Of a DNA stretch of 64,000 nt, positions 60,541 to 64,000 are shown in pieces. Numbering within the stretch: the stretch's first letter is position 1; each line of letters begins with the position of its first letter. The notes beneath the pieces are model-generated. The model had not been told where the DNA came from and ran no database searches. It was given only the letters and a program-made list of their open reading frames with translations. The stretch comes from Podarcis liolepis. Lineage: Eukaryota. The translations under genes and the position numbers were made by a program. The stretch lies in the NCBI GenBank assembly GCA_965112155.1, contig OZ218099.1. One strand, 5' to 3'.

Positions 60541-63500
60541 TGAAATTTGTGGGAAAGGAGCAGGATGGGGCACAGCTAAAGAGGAAGTGATTGAGGCTTG
60601 AATTGGGCCATAGTTGAAGCCCTATGTTAAGGGTAAGACACATGTACAGCATTTATACATTATAACCTGATATCCAGGGATGGAGAAGTAGGTGCTGCAG
60701 CTTAGAGAATAGCTTAATAGATAAAGAAGAAACTTAGCAGTGTAGCAAAGGTAGATTTGAGGATGGTCCATACCAATTTTTGTAGGAGTCTCAAGGTTGA
60801 CAAGTAATTTAAGTAGGTATTGCCAGTTCTTCCCCTCCTAGTGTCCGCTGTTGTTGGACTTGATTTCTCCATCTGTACTGAATCTTTTGGGAAATCTTTT
60901 ATTATTATTAAGTCAAGGGACAAGTATATTATCTACTGTGCCCTAGCAGTAGTGCACCATACATCTAGAGTTTTAGGTTTAATCAGTTTTGCTGCTTATT
61001 TTAACCTGTGAGTGGTGCCAAGGTATGTCATGGCAAATGCTCAGTCGAAACCTGTGATACCTGTCAACAGTTCCAGCAACAGAAGCTGTGTGTTTGCGAG
61101 GGTCTCTGGGAGGAGGGTGGGGGGAAGACAGGCCTGGTTAGAACAGGGATGAGGACTCAGACTCTTGTGGCTCTCCAGACTCTGACTCCCAGCAGGCCCA
61201 GCCAACATGCCCAGCAGTGAGGGATGGTGGAAGTTGCAGTCCAGCTACATCTGGAATGCCACAGGTCCTCCATCTCTGGGCTAGTGGTGCTAATAACACT
61301 AAAGGCCACAGGTTCATTCCCCATACATGCCAAATGTTCTGCACCTCTTTTTCATCCTACTCATTTCTCTCCATTTCAAAAGTATAGTCACATAAAATGG
61401 ACAATAATTTTGCAAACACCTGCGATAAATGCACAATCAACTGAGCCATTAGAAGAGGGGAATTCAGGGAACTGCAGAGCCCATTAATTCTAATACAACT
61501 TGACCCCCCCCCCAAAAAAATATCCCCTGCAAGTTCTGTTCTGTCAGATCTCTCCTTTCAACCAACTCAAAGACACTCCCAGCCTAAGACAAGGCCTCAG
61601 TTAAGCCCCACAGACCTCAAGCGTTTACAGGCTGAATATGTTAGGCCAAGAGGCTCAAGGCCTCCAAACCAATATACACAGTATTACCTATGTCCTCAAA
61701 ACCTTATTTTGTACATTAATAAATGAACTCCTTATTATAATGAACATCTGTGCAGTTTTTGAGCAGCCATTTTGTGAAGAGCCTTGGTTGAGCTGTAATA
61801 TACCATTAACAGTAAATATAAATAGAAGGTCTAAATAATTATAACTGGGAGGTTGGGGTGGGACTCAGCTACTGTGACGCTTCCTGAGGGGAAGAGAGTC
61901 TCAGTATTCAGCTATAGGTTAGGGAAGGAAGATTATCTCAATCCCAAATAAAAAGAGCGGGGAAGCATCCCCACACCTCCCCATTTTTAATGCATCTCCT
62001 TCTTTCTTGCTCAGCCTGTATCTTTTTCCATCTCTCTCTCTCATTTTCCTAACCTTCCCATATCTTTCTTTTCTTCTTTATTATTTCTCATTCCAGTATC
62101 TTTCCTAATTCATTCTAATTTCCCACTCCGACTTTCCTTTACACTTTTCTTTTGCTTATGAAAGGAGAGTGAATGGTGTGCTACTTCCTTCTATGATGGG
62201 GCAGGAAGAACTTAGAATAAACCCCAAGCTTTTTTCCTTTTTTACAGTGGACAGTTGCTAATTTGGTGTGGGTTTACTCTGTCAGTTAACACAGCCTTCC
62301 CCAACCTGGTGTCCTCCAAATGTGTTGGACTACAATTCCCATCAGCCCCAGCTAGCACAGCAGTTATGTCAAGAGTTAATGAAAGTTGCCATCCAAAACA
62401 TTTGGAGACCCCTAAGCTGGAAAAGTTTGAATTAAAAGTATGTAGATAATACTTGCCTACCCTACAGAGCTGCTTTAACATTTACAAGAGTGGTATTTGT
62501 AAATTTTCATGGCTCATGTTTCCTAACACACATACTGTGTTTTACTGACTTAGTTCCTGTAACCTTAGACAATAAATATTATGTAAAAGTACAGGTAAAT
62601 ACATTCAGCGATGCAGGCATTCAAAATCAGCAGAAGACATTTGGGACTTTCAGATAAGCTATGGACTCCTTTTGACATCTTCATCAGATTTTTTTAAAAA
62701 CCATTTTTCACTTATCAAGTGGCAAGCGTATTGGGTTTTAAGATACGCTGCATGTGTATTCTTACCCTTTTTAATGGTGTGTGTTTTCTTATTTTATTCC
62801 TTCCTTTCTCTATTTAATTTCTCATTTCCAAGTTTGTCTGCTAAGATAGTTGTAGGCACAGACTTCTCAAAAATGTAATCAAATATAATAAACAACAACA
62901 ACAACAACCCACTTTTGATTTAAAGCAGGGGTGGGTAAACACCAACCCATGGCACAGATTTGGTCCTGCCTGGCCTCCCCATTTAGCCTGTGACCAAAAC
63001 ACACACCTCTGCCCCTCACCGAACACCATATGTGACATCAGGTGTGGGGCAGGCAGAGCTCTGCCTGGAAAGGCATGGCTGATCCCTGCTGAAAGCAGGA
63101 TTGAATTCTAATGCATGAGGAATTAAACCCTGCTTGGTCACTATCTACTTCCACTCCCATGCGTCAATTCCTTTCAGACCTTCACATATTTAGCGCAAAG
63201 ATCTGAAAGTGGCTAAGTGTGTTCTGCTGATTGCAGTAAGAAAACTCTGTGCAATTAGAGCCCTGATAATAAGGCAGGGTTTTCAACTGCACACAGAGGC
63301 TTCCAAGCCCAAAGAATATAGAAACCCCCTTTAGACCTTTGCACTCCACATTCAAAGGTCTGAGAACCACCCCTGAACGGACCCTGGGGCACAGCTTGAG
63401 TGAATTCCCCTCCTCCTACACAGTTTTAACCCTTTTGTGTTCAAGCTATTGCCTAGAGAAATGCATAAAACTCACTGCAATCCTAATGACTTCCTATCAC

Positions 63501-64000
63501 TGACACTTTCATCCTCAAATTAATTTAGGTTCCTTTCATATCCTGCTTGTATGACTGCAGAAGAGAGCTAATTCCAGCATTCAGTATTACGTTTTCTAAG
63601 CCAGCAAAGGCTGTTTACAACCTCCTCCACACAAATCCTGATACGGGGGGAGGGGGGTATCTAATAATATATAAAAATGTAACAGCAGCATTCAACTAAG
63701 AATTCCCCACTGATCAGGTCAGAAGATTATGAAGCAGCACTAGAACAGAGTATCTTATCAATATCCTGGGCCTCCCTGCAAGAGCTCTAAGTAATCAATG
63801 CAAAGTTGCTTCAAGTTAGGTCTGAAATTGAAAGCTTCCGTAGTAATACTTTCCAAACCTTCTAATGGTTCAGTTGATTTAAATAAACTCTTGGCCATGA
63901 GAAGAAAGGAATTCAGGGCATGTTCAGAGAGCCCACAAATTAAGGCATTTTTGCTTTTTTGTCAACCTTTGGGAGCAAGGAAGCTACCGTATCTTGAGCT

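Noticed and set aside
58200-64000. EVI5L promoter or first exon
   Set aside because: No CpG island or convincing exon is visible; the 5' end probably lies beyond the window.

Overview
Vertebrate genomic DNA, almost certainly from a lizard: it carries Sauria-type SINEs, L2/CR1 LINE fragments and Tc1/mariner and hAT MITEs. Two convergent multi-exon genes fill the window. On the minus strand is EVI5L, a TBC-domain RabGAP with coiled coils: 19 coding exons from 58097 to 28243, about 821 aa, one GC-AG intron, and a probable 3'UTR of about 6.4 kb ending near 21850. Its first exon probably lies beyond the window. On the plus strand is a betaglycan/endoglin-family type I membrane protein, most likely TGFBR3L: about 16 coding exons from 5795 to about 20197, about 755-760 aa. 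Its architecture is the most interesting feature. Unlike mammalian TGFBR3L (essentially ZP-C only), it keeps a full betaglycan-like orphan domain. Unlike TGFBR3, it has lost the two ZP-N core exons, including the GAG attachment region, while keeping the first and last ZP-N cysteines, and it has a different cytoplasmic tail. Upstream of it is a ~1 kb LTR-like segment with SF-1/NR5A1-type motifs, a TATA box and a splice donor that may serve as its promoter. EVI5L introns hold several candidate unannotated exons. All exon models were built by hand from splice sites, reading phase and remembered similarity to human proteins; no searches were run.
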